From a virus (taxonomy: Duplodnaviria; Heunggongvirae; Uroviricota; Caudoviricetes): DNA of 41,642 bases. A program made the translations under genes and the position numbers. The stretch lies in IMG/VR virus record IMGVR_UViG_2541047897_000010; one strand, 5' to 3'. Positions within the stretch are counted from its first letter, which is position 1. Each line of letters starts with the position of its first letter. Of the stretch, positions 26,857 to 37,104 are shown in pieces. The notes under the pieces are model-generated. The model searched no databases, was not told where the DNA came from, and saw nothing but the letters and a program-made list of their open reading frames with translations.

Positions 26857-28681
26857 ATTTGAGCTTAAGGCGTTGATCACCGGTGTCGACAGGCTTTCTC
26901 CCGCGCTGTCGAAAATGCAAAAGAAAATCCGGGGATTTAAACGCCAGGCGGAAGAAGCGTCACAGGGTGGGCTGGCGCTTGGTGGCGGACTGGCAGCGGG
27001 TCTGACGCTTTCCCTGAAATCTTATGCCGATCAGGAAAACGCCGCCACCGGGCTGAAAGTCGCTATGATGGATGCGAACGGCGAGATTGGAAAGCGCTTT
27101 CAGGACATCAATAAACTGGCTATTGGCCTGGGTAACCAGCTACCCGGTACAACGGCTGATTTCCAGAACATGATGCAGATGCTGGTGCGTCAGGGGATCC
27201 CGGCAGAAAACATTCTGAGTGGTGTGGGTAAAGCGACAGCTTATCTTGCGGTACAACTGAAAAAAACACCGGAAGCGGCTGCTGAGTTTGCTGCAAAGAT
27301 GCAGGATGCTACCGGAACGGCGTCAGAAGACATGATGGGGCTGTTCGACACTATCCAGAAGGCGTTTTATCTGGGCGTGGACGATACCAACATGTTGTCC
27401 TTCTTCACTAAAACCAGCTCTGTTCTGAAGATGGTGAACAAGGACGGTCTTCAGGCTGCACAGAGCCTTGCCCCCATCAGCGTCATGATGGATCAGATGG
27501 GGATGAACGGGGAGTCGGCAGGTAACGCCCTGCGAAAAGTTATCCAGTCCGGATTAAGCGTTAAGAAAATCAGGGACGTCAATAAAATCATGGCCCGCCA
27601 GAAACTCGGGGTACAGCTCGATTTTACTGACGGCAAAGGGAGTTTTGGCGGTCTTGATAACATGTTCAGGCAACTGGCAAAGCTGCGAAAACTGACCGAC
27701 GTTAAACGAACTGGTGTACTTAAGGCAATATTTGGTGATGATGCCGAAACCCTTCAGGTGGTCAATGCACTAATCGATAAAGGAAAGGATGGCTACGATC
27801 AGATCCAGCAGAAGATGAATAAACAGGCCAGCCTGAATAAACGTGTTCAGGCACAGCTTGGTACGCTGTCCAACCTGTGGGAGGCAATGACAGGGACCGC
27901 AACTAACGGCCTTGCGGCTATTGGCGGCGCATTTTCTGGTGACGCTAAAAATATCACGCAATGGCTGGGGGAGTTGGGGGAGAAATTCACGAAGTTTGCG
28001 GATGAAAATCCCCGGGTTATTCGCGGCGTCGTCGGGCTTGCTGCTGGTCTTGCGATTCTGAAACTGGGATTGATGGGCGTTGGCGGTGCCATCAGTATTG
28101 TCAGCAGGATCATGTCGATGACGCCGATTGGCATGATTGCGACGGCGATAGCCCTGGCTGCGGGATTAATTATCACTAACTGGGATGTTGTCGGACCTTA
28201 TTTTAAGAAACTCTGGGAAACCATTGGTCCTTATTTTGAGGCTGGCTGGGAACTCCTTAAGAAAGTTTTTGCCTGGTCGCCGCTGGGGATGGTGATCAAT
28301 AACTGGGGGCCGGTTGTTAAGTGGTTTCAGGATATGTGGGACAAGCTGAAGCCAATTATTGAGTGGTTTACCGACAGTTCCGGTGACACGGTCGATGCCA
28401 TTAACTCTGCGCAGTGGGGCGCGGGTGCTTATGATGCTTATGGGACGGGAATACCGGCGCGGGGATACACACCTTATCCGGCGGTAGATCCGGCTCAGTC
28501 AAACAACGCCTCCGGTGCCACAGGCCCGAATCCCTTCATGATTAACAAAGCTTCTGCGCCAAAAGTTGATGGTGAGATCAAGGTCTCTTTTATGAATTCG
28601 CCTCCGGGTATGCGGGTTATGGAAACGCGATCCAGCGGTTTTGATGTCAGCCATGATGTTGGCTATACGCGGTTCAGGTAG
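26849..28681 (+). CDS. Tail tape measure protein
   Basis: 610 aa, helical/Gly-Ala-rich, follows chaperone. Confidence 0.8.
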   Translation: MAEFELKALITGVDRLSPALSKMQKKIRGFKRQAEEASQGGLALGGGLAAGLTLSLKSYADQENAATGLKVAMMDANGEIGKRFQDINKLAIGLGNQLPGTTADFQNMMQMLVRQGIPAENILSGVGKATAYLAVQLKKTPEAAAEFAAKMQDATGTASEDMMGLFDTIQKAFYLGVDDTNMLSFFTKTSSVLKMVNKDGLQAAQSLAPISVMMDQMGMNGESAGNALRKVIQSGLSVKKIRDVNKIMARQKLGVQLDFTDGKGSFGGLDNMFRQLAKLRKLTDVKRTGVLKAIFGDDAETLQVVNALIDKGKDGYDQIQQKMNKQASLNKRVQAQLGTLSNLWEAMTGTATNGLAAIGGAFSGDAKNITQWLGELGEKFTKFADENPRVIRGVVGLAAGLAILKLGLMGVGGAISIVSRIMSMTPIGMIATAIALAAGLIITNWDVVGPYFKKLWETIGPYFEAGWELLKKVFAWSPLGMVINNWGPVVKWFQDMWDKLKPIIEWFTDSSGDTVDAINSAQWGAGAYDAYGTGIPARGYTPYPAVDPAQSNNASGATGPNPFMINKASAPKVDGEIKVSFMNSPPGMRVMETRSSGFDVSHDVGYTRFR

Positions 28682-28780
28682 TGTACAAAATGATTAATGT
28701 GTTTTTGTCTGGCATAATTTGGGTTTTCAGCTTTAAGTAGTTAATATAATCATTCCTTACAAATGATTGAAGGGATGATT

Positions 28781-29275
28781 ATGCGTATCTTTGTTTTTTT
28801 TATATCTGCACTTTTATCTTTTAACTTGGCTGCGGAAGAGTGTAAGTTCAGCTTTAATGAGTCAGAATTAATCTCTTCTATAGGTATTGCACCAGTTAAG
28901 CAAGAGATAATAAAGGACGAAGGAATAACTAAGCGGCAATATGAATTCAGAAGAGAATTATCTTCTGAAGAAATGCTTAGTGATGACGCTGATGAAAAAT
29001 ATGAGCCGCAGTTTTATATATCTGTTTATAATCCATCATGCCCACAAAAGGTTATTGTTTGGTTTTTCAAAGACAATAAAAACACAATGGATTTAAGTAA
29101 TGAGGTCCTTGCTGGTAGAGCGTTCAAGTATTTAACTGGTGTTAATGAAAGTATTTTTGAAAATAAAATGAAAAAGTTTTTAAAGGTACAGTCATTTGAA
29201 TCTTTTGATGAAAGGACAGATTCTAAATTTATAAAGAGTGGTGATATTTATTCCATTGATGTTCAACTCAGATAG
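28781..29275 (+). CDS. Moron-encoded secreted protein with N-terminal signal peptide
   Basis: AT-rich insert; start MRIFVFFISALLSFNLAAEE (AGGGA SD); own TATAAT box (28745-28750) and downstream terminator. Confidence 0.5.
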   Translation: MRIFVFFISALLSFNLAAEECKFSFNESELISSIGIAPVKQEIIKDEGITKRQYEFRRELSSEEMLSDDADEKYEPQFYISVYNPSCPQKVIVWFFKDNKNTMDLSNEVLAGRAFKYLTGVNESIFENKMKKFLKVQSFESFDERTDSKFIKSGDIYSIDVQLR

Positions 29276-29294
29276 TAATTAAAAATATTAGGTT

Positions 29295-29350
29295 CCCGCC
29301 ACATCTTCTGCGATGTAAATAACTGACAAAGCAGATTTGGCGGGTTTTTT
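29295..29350 (+). terminator. Terminator-like structure after moron
   Basis: CCCGCCA ... TGGCGGG stem with internal ACATC/GATGT hairpin, followed by TTTTTT. Confidence 0.35.
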
Positions 29351-29365
29351 GTATCCGGAGTTTAT

Positions 29366-30694
29366 ATGACGTGGAAAGACAGGCTTCAGGATGCGTCATT
29401 TCGCGGCGTACCGTTTAAGGTTGAAGAAGAAAGTGCGGGAACCGGTCGCCGTGTGGAAACACACGAATATCCGAACCGCGACAAGCCCTATACCGAAGAT
29501 CTGGGAAAAGTCACTTTCCGCCCGTCCATCACAGCTTATGTGGTGGGAGATGACTGCTTTGACCAGCGCGATCGCCTGATTGACGCGCTGAATAAACCCG
29601 GTCCCGGCACGCTTGTCCACCCGACATATGGTGAGCTGAAAGTCTGTGTTGACGGGGAAGTTCGGGTCAGCACATCGAAAAGTGAAGGGCGTATTGTCCG
29701 CTTTGACCTGAAGTTTGTCGAAGCAGGAGAACTCTCTTACCCCACATCAGGTGCGGCGACGGCGCAGACGCTGATGTCATCCTGTTCTGCACTGGATGAC
29801 TGCATCAGTGACAGCTTCAGCGGTTTCAGTATCGATGGCGTGGCGGATTTCGTGCAGAACGACGTTATCGGTAATGCCAGCATAATGCTGGGGTATGTTT
29901 CTGATGCGATGAAAGTGGTGGATTCTGCCGTATCGGATGCCGCCAGGCTGTTGCAGGGGGATATCTCGGTACTTCTGCCGCCGCCATCGTCAGGCAAAAA
30001 TTTCGTTGAGCAGGTGCAGAAAATGTGGCGTACCGGGAAACGCCTTTATGGTAACGCCAGCGACCTGGTCACCATGATCAAAACGCTTTCCGGTGTCAGC
30101 CTCGGCAGCGATCTGCAACCGCGCGGCGTCTGGAAAACGGACAGTAAAACCACCGCCACGGCGACGCAGCAGCGTAACGTGGTTGCCAGCACCCTTCGTA
30201 CGACCGCAATCAGCGAAGCGGCGTATGCCGTCACCCGATTGCCTGCGCCAACAACTTCCGCGGTGATGCAGAATTCCGCAGTGGGGCAGGCAACAACACC
30301 CGCGCAGAGCACTGGCTGGCCTTCCGTCACGCATCCGGCACTGAACAATGCACCGGCGGTGAAAAACACGGTTGACCTGCCGACGTGGGAAGAACTGACT
30401 GACATTCGCGACACACTGAATACGGCAATTGATAAGGAGTTGTCCCGTACAACCAGCGATGCGCTGTTTCTGGCGCTGCGCCGGGTGAAAGCAGATCTGA
30501 ATGCGGATATCAACACGCGCCTTGAACAGTCTGCACGGATCATTCAGCGCACACCGGATGAGGTTTTACCCGCGCTGGTGCTGGCGGCGACCTGGTTTGA
30601 TAACGCGGCGCGTGACGCGGACATTATCCGGCGTAATGCCATTACGCATCCCGGCTTTGTGCCGGTGATCCCTCTGAAGGTGCCAGTGCAATGA
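29366..30694 (+). CDS. DNA circulation protein (Mu gpN-like)
   Basis: 442 aa, GGAG SD, position after tape measure. Confidence 0.65.
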   Translation: MTWKDRLQDASFRGVPFKVEEESAGTGRRVETHEYPNRDKPYTEDLGKVTFRPSITAYVVGDDCFDQRDRLIDALNKPGPGTLVHPTYGELKVCVDGEVRVSTSKSEGRIVRFDLKFVEAGELSYPTSGAATAQTLMSSCSALDDCISDSFSGFSIDGVADFVQNDVIGNASIMLGYVSDAMKVVDSAVSDAARLLQGDISVLLPPPSSGKNFVEQVQKMWRTGKRLYGNASDLVTMIKTLSGVSLGSDLQPRGVWKTDSKTTATATQQRNVVASTLRTTAISEAAYAVTRLPAPTTSAVMQNSAVGQATTPAQSTGWPSVTHPALNNAPAVKNTVDLPTWEELTDIRDTLNTAIDKELSRTTSDALFLALRRVKADLNADINTRLEQSARIIQRTPDEVLPALVLAATWFDNAARDADIIRRNAITHPGFVPVIPLKVPVQ

Positions 30695-31770
30695 ACGACA
30701 ATGTCACGCTACGGGTAAATGGCCGGGAGTGGAATGGCTGGACATCGGTGCGCATCGGTGCCGGTATTGAACGGCTGGCGCGGGATTTCAGTGTGGAGAT
30801 CACCCGCCAGTGGCCGGGAGATGAGGGTATCACCACGCTTCAGCCGCGCATTAAAAACGGTTCAAAAGTGGAGGTGCTGATTGGTGATGAGCTGGTGATC
30901 ACCGGCTGGGTGGAGGCGACGCCCGTTCGTTACGATGCCCGTTCGGTCAGCACCGGTATTGCCGGACGCAGTCTGACCGCTGACCTGATTGACTGTGCAG
31001 CCGAACCGACACAGTTTAATGGACGATCGCTGGTACAGATTGCGCAGGCGCTTGCTGCGCCTTTCGGCATTGAGGTGGTGAACAACGGTGCGCCGTCGGG
31101 TGTTATTCCTGATGTCCAGCCTGATCACGGTGAAACGGTGATTGAGGTAATCAACAAAATACTCGGTCAGCAGCAGGCACTGGCTTACGACGACCCGCAC
31201 GGCAGGCTGGTGATTGGCGGTATTGGCTCAACGCGGGCACATACTGCGCTGGTACTCGGGGAAAACATCCTTTCCTGCGATACGGAGAAGAGTATCCGGG
31301 AGCGGTTTTCTGTTTACCAGGTGGCGGGGCAGCGTGCCGGAAACGACGATGATTTCGGTGAGGCCACCACCACCGCGCTGCGGGCCCGCACAGAGGACGC
31401 ATTTATTGCCCGTTACCGTCCGATGTATATCAGGCAGACAGGGCAGGCTACGGGGGCAGGCTGTATTGCCCGTGCGGACTTTGAAGCCCGACAACGGGCG
31501 GCGCGGACGGATGAAACCACCTATGTGGTGCAGGGCTGGCGACAGGGTAACGGTACGCTGTGGCAGCCCAACCAGCGGGTGATTGTCTTTGATCCGGTCT
31601 GTGGTTTCGACAATACCGAACTGCTTGTTTCGGAAGTCACGTTTACTCAGGACCAGAACGGCACCCTGACGGAAATCCGTGTCGGCCCACCTGATGCTTA
31701 TCTGCCTGAACCCGAAGCCCCCGGCGCGCGGAAAAAGAAAAAAGCCAGAGTACAGGAGGACCCGTTCTGA
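30691..31770 (+). CDS. Baseplate hub protein (Mu gpP / P2 gpD-like)
   Basis: 359 aa; synteny in Mu-like baseplate block. Confidence 0.6.
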   Translation: MNDNVTLRVNGREWNGWTSVRIGAGIERLARDFSVEITRQWPGDEGITTLQPRIKNGSKVEVLIGDELVITGWVEATPVRYDARSVSTGIAGRSLTADLIDCAAEPTQFNGRSLVQIAQALAAPFGIEVVNNGAPSGVIPDVQPDHGETVIEVINKILGQQQALAYDDPHGRLVIGGIGSTRAHTALVLGENILSCDTEKSIRERFSVYQVAGQRAGNDDDFGEATTTALRARTEDAFIARYRPMYIRQTGQATGAGCIARADFEARQRAARTDETTYVVQGWRQGNGTLWQPNQRVIVFDPVCGFDNTELLVSEVTFTQDQNGTLTEIRVGPPDAYLPEPEAPGARKKKKARVQEDPF

Positions 31771-32318
31771 TGAGGACGATTGAAGCCATGCAGCGACAAC
31801 TCCTCGGCCTGATTGGGCGGGCCGTGGTGAAAAGCATCAGTGCCGCCACGAAATGTCAGACCGTGGATGTGTCCCTGATTGCCGGTGAACCCAAAGCCGG
31901 GGTTGAACATCTTGAACCCTACGGTTTTACCTCAAGGGCAAACAGCGGTGCGGAAGCGGTGGTGTTGTTTCCGGATGGCGACCGTTCTCATGCGGTGGTT
32001 GTTACGGTGTCGGACCGGCGCTACCGCCTGAAAGGGCTGCAGACGGGTGAGGTGGCTGTCTATGACGATCAGGGGCAGTCCGTGACGCTGACCCGGGAGG
32101 GGATCGTGGTGGACGGTGCAGGTAAAACGATCACGTTTCGCAATGCACCTGAAGCACGTTTTGAAATGGACCTGGAAGTGACAGGACAGGTGAAAGACCT
32201 GTGCGACTCCGGCGGCACCACCATGTCAGCGATGCGGCTTGCCTATAACGGGCATCGTCACAGAGAGAACGGTCAGGGCAGTAACACCGACAAACCGGAT
32301 AAAGCGATGGAGGCATGA
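31770..32318 (+). CDS. Baseplate assembly protein V-like (spike)
   Basis: 182 aa; synteny. Confidence 0.6.
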   Translation: MRTIEAMQRQLLGLIGRAVVKSISAATKCQTVDVSLIAGEPKAGVEHLEPYGFTSRANSGAEAVVLFPDGDRSHAVVVTVSDRRYRLKGLQTGEVAVYDDQGQSVTLTREGIVVDGAGKTITFRNAPEARFEMDLEVTGQVKDLCDSGGTTMSAMRLAYNGHRHRENGQGSNTDKPDKAMEA

Positions 32319-32743
32319 TGGAACTGTGGCTGACGGTGAACGGTAAACGCACCTGCGCCAGCGCACCGCTGGATCCGCTGACCCGCTCCGTGGTGATTTC
32401 CCTGTTTACCTGGCGGCGGGCGGAGCCTGATGACAACGCCGACGTCCCGATGGGATGGTGGGGGGATACCTGGCCTGCGGTACAGAATGACCGTTACGGC
32501 TCCCGACTGTGGCTGCTTCAGCGCAGCAAACTGACCAATCAGCTGGTGCAGACGGTAAGGGGGTATATCCGCGAATGCCTGCAATGGATGATTGATGATG
32601 GCGTGGTGTCCCGTATTGATCTGGATATCCGCCGCACCGGGATTAATGAACTGGGTAACAGTATCACTCTCTGGCGTCGTGACGGACCGGTAATGATTTC
32701 TTTTGATGATCTGTGGAGTGCGATAACGCATGGCGGACAGTGA
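32315..32743 (+). CDS. GP46-family baseplate protein
   Basis: 142 aa; synteny. Confidence 0.55.
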   Translation: MMELWLTVNGKRTCASAPLDPLTRSVVISLFTWRRAEPDDNADVPMGWWGDTWPAVQNDRYGSRLWLLQRSKLTNQLVQTVRGYIRECLQWMIDDGVVSRIDLDIRRTGINELGNSITLWRRDGPVMISFDDLWSAITHGGQ

Positions 32744-33788
32744 ATTTCAGCGCCCGACGCTGGCAGAAAATATCAGTATGCTCCGTAACGATTTATTCGC
32801 CAGGCTGGACGTCAGCGACACGCTCCGGCGCATGGATGAAGACGTGCGGGCAAAGGTGTATGCGGCGGCGCTGCATACGGTTTACGGGTACATCGATTAT
32901 CTGGCAATGAACATGCTGCCTGACCTGTGCGATGAGTCCTGGCTGGCGCGACATGCTGCGATGAAACGGTGTCCGCGCAAGGGGGCCACGGCTGCCAGCG
33001 GGTATATGCGCTGGGAAGGTGTCAGCGATGGCCTGAAGGTGACTGCCGGGAGCGTGATTCAGCGCGATGACCTGGTTCAGTACACGGCAACTGCCGATGC
33101 AACCAGCTCCGGTGGTGTCCTGCGTGTGCCGATCGCCTGCTCAAATGCAGGCGCGGTCGGTAACACTGACGACGGTACGGCATTAATCCTGGTCACGCCG
33201 GTGAATGGTCTGCCGTCTTCCGGTGTGGCTGACACCCTGACAGGCGGATTTGATACTGAAGATCTGGAAACGTGGCGCGCCCGCGTCATTGAGCGGTATT
33301 ACTGGACGCCTCAGGGCGGGGCTGACGGGGACTATGTCGTCTGGGCTAAAGAAGTGCCCGGCATTACCCGCGCATGGACATACCGACACTGGATGGGAAC
33401 GGGGACTGTCGGTGTGATGATTGCCAGCAGTGACCTGATTAATCCCATTCCGGAAGAGTCAACGGAAACGTCGGCAAGACAACATATCGAGCCACTGGCC
33501 CCGGTGGCAGGCTCTGATTTGTATGTATTCAGGCCGGTGGCGCATAAAGTGGATTTTCATATCCGCGTGACGCCGGACACACCGGAAATACGGGCTGCCA
33601 TCACCGCGGAGTTGCGTTCGTTCCTGCTGCGTGATGGTTATCCGCAGGGAGAACTGAAGGTGTCACGTATCAGTGAAGCGATTTCCGGTGCGAACGGGGA
33701 ATACAGCCATCAGTTGCTTGCCCCGGCGGACAATATCTCCATTGCGAAAAATGAACTGGCGGTTCTGGGGACGATTTCATGGACGTGA
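32730..33788 (+). CDS. Baseplate J-like protein
   Basis: 352 aa; synteny and size. Confidence 0.7.
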   Translation: MADSEFQRPTLAENISMLRNDLFARLDVSDTLRRMDEDVRAKVYAAALHTVYGYIDYLAMNMLPDLCDESWLARHAAMKRCPRKGATAASGYMRWEGVSDGLKVTAGSVIQRDDLVQYTATADATSSGGVLRVPIACSNAGAVGNTDDGTALILVTPVNGLPSSGVADTLTGGFDTEDLETWRARVIERYYWTPQGGADGDYVVWAKEVPGITRAWTYRHWMGTGTVGVMIASSDLINPIPEESTETSARQHIEPLAPVAGSDLYVFRPVAHKVDFHIRVTPDTPEIRAAITAELRSFLLRDGYPQGELKVSRISEAISGANGEYSHQLLAPADNISIAKNELAVLGTISWT

Positions 33789-34363
33789 CAAACGATGATT
33801 ACATCCGTCTGTTGTCGGCACTGTTGCCCCCTGGTCCGGCGTGGTCAGCCAGCGATCCGGCGATTGCCGGTGCAGCACCGTCATTAACCCGCGTTCATCA
33901 GCGTGCGGATGCCCTGATGCGGGAGCTGGATCCGCGCACCACCACTGAACTGATAAACCGCTGGGAGCGTCTGTGCGGTCTGCCGGATGAATGTATTCCG
34001 GCGGTAACGCAGACCCTTCGCCAGCGTCAGCAACGGCTGGATGCGAAGGTTAACCTGGCGGGCGGCATCAACGAGGATTTTTACCTTGCACAGCTTGCTG
34101 CCCTGGGCAGACCAGACGCTACCATCACGCGATACGACAAAAGCATGTTCACCTGCTCATCGGCCTGTACTGACGCGGTGAATGCGCCGGAATGGCGGTA
34201 TTACTGGCAGGTCAACATGCCAGCAGCCACCAACACCACCTGGATGACATGTGGCGATCCCTGTGATTCCGCGCTGCGTATCTGGGGTGACACCGTTGTC
34301 GAGTGTGTGCTTAACAAACTCTGCCCGTCGCATACCTACGTAATTTTTAAATATCCGGAGTAA
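33779..34363 (+). CDS. Tail protein, DUF2313 (Mu gp48 / YmfQ-like)
   Basis: 194 aa; precedes tail fibre. Confidence 0.6.
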   Translation: MDVTNDDYIRLLSALLPPGPAWSASDPAIAGAAPSLTRVHQRADALMRELDPRTTTELINRWERLCGLPDECIPAVTQTLRQRQQRLDAKVNLAGGINEDFYLAQLAALGRPDATITRYDKSMFTCSSACTDAVNAPEWRYYWQVNMPAATNTTWMTCGDPCDSALRIWGDTVVECVLNKLCPSHTYVIFKYPE

Positions 34364-34366
34364 TCC

Positions 34367-35491
34367 ATGCATCGTATAGACACGAAAACCGCGCAGAAGG
34401 ATAAGTTCGGCGCGGGTAAGAACGGTTTTACCCGTGGTAACCCCCAGACTGGCACGCCTGCCACCGATCTGGATGATGACTACTTTGACATGTTGCAGGA
34501 AGAACTTTGTAGCGTTGTTGAGGCATCCGGTGCCAGTCTGGAGAAGGCGCGGCACGACCAGCTGCTTACCGCGCTTCGTGCGCTGCTGTTAAGCCGCAAG
34601 AATCCGTTTGGCGATATCAAATCGGATGGCACTGTGCAAACGGCTCTCGAAAACCTTGGTTTGGGAACACTGCAATCATCCTTCACAGATAAAACGGGTA
34701 AAATTGCATTAAATGGCGGGTGGGGGCTTGGGATAAAGGCAGACCAGGTAAGCGGAACTATGGCGGCGTTGGACGTCAGTCGCTTTGATTATTTTGCCCC
34801 TGCAGATAATATCGGTCCTTATCCTGGGCAGTGGGCTGGTGGTATTTCATTTGCTAACTCAGGTTCAACCGGGTGGCAAATCTGCGGTGCGTCTCTCGGT
34901 TCCATTCCTGACTTTAGTGTGAGGATAAAAACGAATCAGACTGCATTTTCTGACTGGTATAAGTTGTACCACACAGGATTTAAACCCACTCCCGCTGATA
35001 TAAACGCTATCCAACGTGATGCGTGTGATGTGGCTGGGTTTATTTCCAACAATCAACAAGACCCATACATGAGGCATTCGGCATCGAATAACATCATACA
35101 GCTTGCCACTCGTCAGTTTGTTTCTCAATCTATTTCCAGCCTCAGTCTGGGTACAGCAGCAACAAAAAATGTGGGTACAGGTGCTGGACAAATACCGGAT
35201 ATGTCTAGTTTTACGAGTGGTACCGGCTGGGCATCTTTACCGGGTGGGACTATTATCCAGTGGGGTATTGCAGCCTCTGGTCAAATTGGCGATCCGCAGA
35301 CAATCAATTTCCCCGTACCTTTTACAAATTACAGTACAGTTCAGCTTGTTGCTTCATATGATAACGCTGGCGCTTCAGGTGCACCTTATAGCTTTGCAGC
35401 TCAACCTATCAGTAATACCCAGTTCAAATTATTAAATTCAACATCATCATCAGCCGTTATTTACGCTCGGTGGATTGCGATCGGGAGATAA
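34367..35491 (+). CDS. Tail fibre protein (constant N-terminus joined to currently expressed variable C-terminus)
   Basis: Conserved N-terminus [22 protein letters not shown]...; crossover site inside gene; C-terminal part AT-richer. Confidence 0.75.
   Translation: MHRIDTKTAQKDKFGAGKNGFTRGNPQTGTPATDLDDDYFDMLQEELCSVVEASGASLEKARHDQLLTALRALLLSRKNPFGDIKSDGTVQTALENLGLGTLQSSFTDKTGKIALNGGWGLGIKADQVSGTMAALDVSRFDYFAPADNIGPYPGQWAGGISFANSGSTGWQICGASLGSIPDFSVRIKTNQTAFSDWYKLYHTGFKPTPADINAIQRDACDVAGFISNNQQDPYMRHSASNNIIQLATRQFVSQSISSLSLGTAATKNVGTGAGQIPDMSSFTSGTGWASLPGGTIIQWGIAASGQIGDPQTINFPVPFTNYSTVQLVASYDNAGASGAPYSFAAQPISNTQFKLLNSTSSSAVIYARWIAIGR
34645..34670. repeat. Left inversion crossover site (gix/hix-like)
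   Basis: TCTCGAAAACCTTGGTTTGGGAACAC; inverted copy at 37024-37049. Confidence 0.55.
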
Positions 35492-35496
35492 TTAGA

Positions 35497-35940
35497 ATGA
35501 ATAAATATTTTTATGATGTATCTACAAATGCTTTCTATCCGATAGCTATGAAGGAAATTTATGAATCAAATGGAATTAATTTTGACAATGCTAAGGAGGT
35601 TGATGAAAAACTATTTATTGAGTATTCAGGCGAACCACCGAAAGGGAAAATCCGCATTGCTGGTGAAGATGGTTTTCCTGCCTGGGGTGATATTCCGCCG
35701 CCAACGCACGATAAACTTGTTGCAGCAACTGAAGCACAAAAACAACTGCTAATCGACCAGGCTAACGAGTACATGAACAGCAAGCAATGGCCGGGAAAAG
35801 CTGCAATGGGACGGCTGAAAGATGCCGAAAAGGTACAGTATAACGCGTGGCTGGATTACCTGGACGCACTGGAGCTGGTTGATCCCTCCAGTGCTCCAGA
35901 TATTGAATGGCCTACGCCTCCGGCAGTTCAGGCCAGATGA
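35497..35940 (+). CDS. Tail fibre assembly protein (Tfa), expressed orientation
   Basis: ATG 35497; C-terminal conserved Tfa-like region (...YNAWLDYLDALELVD...). Confidence 0.65.
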   Translation: MNKYFYDVSTNAFYPIAMKEIYESNGINFDNAKEVDEKLFIEYSGEPPKGKIRIAGEDGFPAWGDIPPPTHDKLVAATEAQKQLLIDQANEYMNSKQWPGKAAMGRLKDAEKVQYNAWLDYLDALELVDPSSAPDIEWPTPPAVQAR

Positions 35941-36505
35941 CATTCGGCGCGGTGCTGGTATCTGTTGCCGTCACCGCGTCAATGTAATCCAGCACAGCGT
36001 TAAGCCGGGTTGTTTCTGCCTGCATCAGCTTCCGTCCGGCCTGTGATTTCAGTTGAATCAGACTGATGGAAGCCATTGCAGCATCAATCAGCGACTGGCG
36101 CTGTGCTTCTGCCGCTTCTACTGCGGCGCTATGCTGTGCCTCGGTATCCGTCACCCATTTCTCACCATCCCATTTATCGTATGGCGTTAACGGTGAAAGC
36201 GTGACATAACCGTCTTTGATGGCACCGATATAATCCACTGTAACAGCTGCGCCATTTTCAGTTGAGTAAACGGTCTCATTGCGATGGTCTTCTTCATGGC
36301 TCCATCCCTTACCCGTAAATACTGCCACTTTTCCCGGAATGTTTTCGCCCGGGTCAATACCAGTGGAACAGGCGGGTATACTTACGCCAGTATTAATATA
36401 TTCATCAGACCAGCCGGTATATTCATACGTTACTGCATTATAATAAAAACAACGCATATCGCCCGGCACTGTAGCCAGCCCATTTTCATCAAAAACAGGT
36501 TTCAT
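35912..36505 (-). CDS. Alternative tail fibre assembly protein (Tfa prime), silent orientation
   Basis: 197 aa on opposite strand; C-terminal region (...LNAVLDYIDAVTATD...) parallels Tfa. Confidence 0.6.
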   Translation of the reverse strand: MKPVFDENGLATVPGDMRCFYYNAVTYEYTGWSDEYINTGVSIPACSTGIDPGENIPGKVAVFTGKGWSHEEDHRNETVYSTENGAAVTVDYIGAIKDGYVTLSPLTPYDKWDGEKWVTDTEAQHSAAVEAAEAQRQSLIDAAMASISLIQLKSQAGRKLMQAETTRLNAVLDYIDAVTATDTSTAPNVIWPELPEA

Positions 36506-37077
36506 TATTTAGCCCTCACCAGAAAGTTAAATGCAATATTTCGTGGACGGGTTTCTGTACCTACATGTCCACTAATTTCACCATAACGTTTAACACTACG
36601 AGAGCTAAGAGCTCGTAGTGAGGAAGGCACCTTAAGACCGGGTTCGTCCGTTTTAACTATTCCCCCGTCACCATATGTAGCCAGTATTCCTGGGTTTACT
36701 CCTTCCCGTGCACTTCCTGCAGCAAGCCCGTCCCCCGTCCACAATTCCATATTGTGTGCATGATCCATAATTGTGTGTGATTGCCCTGAAAGTAGGGTAC
36801 GTCCGACATCAATCCCGCGCCCATCATCCCAGATACGAATGAAATCACCCCGTGCGTCAGGTAATGCTAGCGCCGGAAACACTTTCGCCAGCACAGGGTA
36901 ATCAGTGGCAGAGAATTTCGCGCCGTTGAACTTCAAAAACACCATACTGGACCAACTGTCGATTACAGTATTTGGCATTGCGGCGGACGGCCAGAAGAAC
37001 GGAACGCCAATAGCTGGAGCACCTTCTCCCAAACCAACGTTTAAGAAAATGCAGAGATTATGGCTAACTGGCATCAT
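36505..37077 (-). CDS. Alternative tail-fibre C-terminal coding segment (promoterless; fused to constant N-terminus after inversion)
   Basis: Reverse ORF whose N-terminal codons (..NVGLGEG..) are encoded by the right crossover site, mirroring ENLGLGT at the left site. Confidence 0.5.
   Translation of the reverse strand: MMPVSHNLCIFLNVGLGEGAPAIGVPFFWPSAAMPNTVIDSWSSMVFLKFNGAKFSATDYPVLAKVFPALALPDARGDFIRIWDDGRGIDVGRTLLSGQSHTIMDHAHNMELWTGDGLAAGSAREGVNPGILATYGDGGIVKTDEPGLKVPSSLRALSSRSVKRYGEISGHVGTETRPRNIAFNFLVRAK
37024..37049. repeat. Right inversion crossover site (gix/hix-like)
   Basis: TTCTCCCAAACCAACGTTTAAGAAAA, reverse complement of left site with identical core CCCAAACCAA-G-TTT. Confidence 0.55.
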
Positions 37078-37104
37078 CCCCGGTTTTTACTCAGGGGAAT
37101 GCTC

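Larger units (their letters stand above)
34645..37049. mobile_element. Invertible tail-fibre host-range segment (Mu G / P1 C / e14 P type)
   Basis: Bounded by inverted crossover sites; two opposed fibre C-terminus + Tfa gene sets; adjacent serine invertase gene. Confidence 0.6.

Noticed and set aside
29990-30543. Overlapping minus-strand ORFs (114 and 165 aa)
   Set aside because: Antisense to the DNA circulation gene; Arg/Cys/Ala-rich shadow frames in GC-rich DNA.
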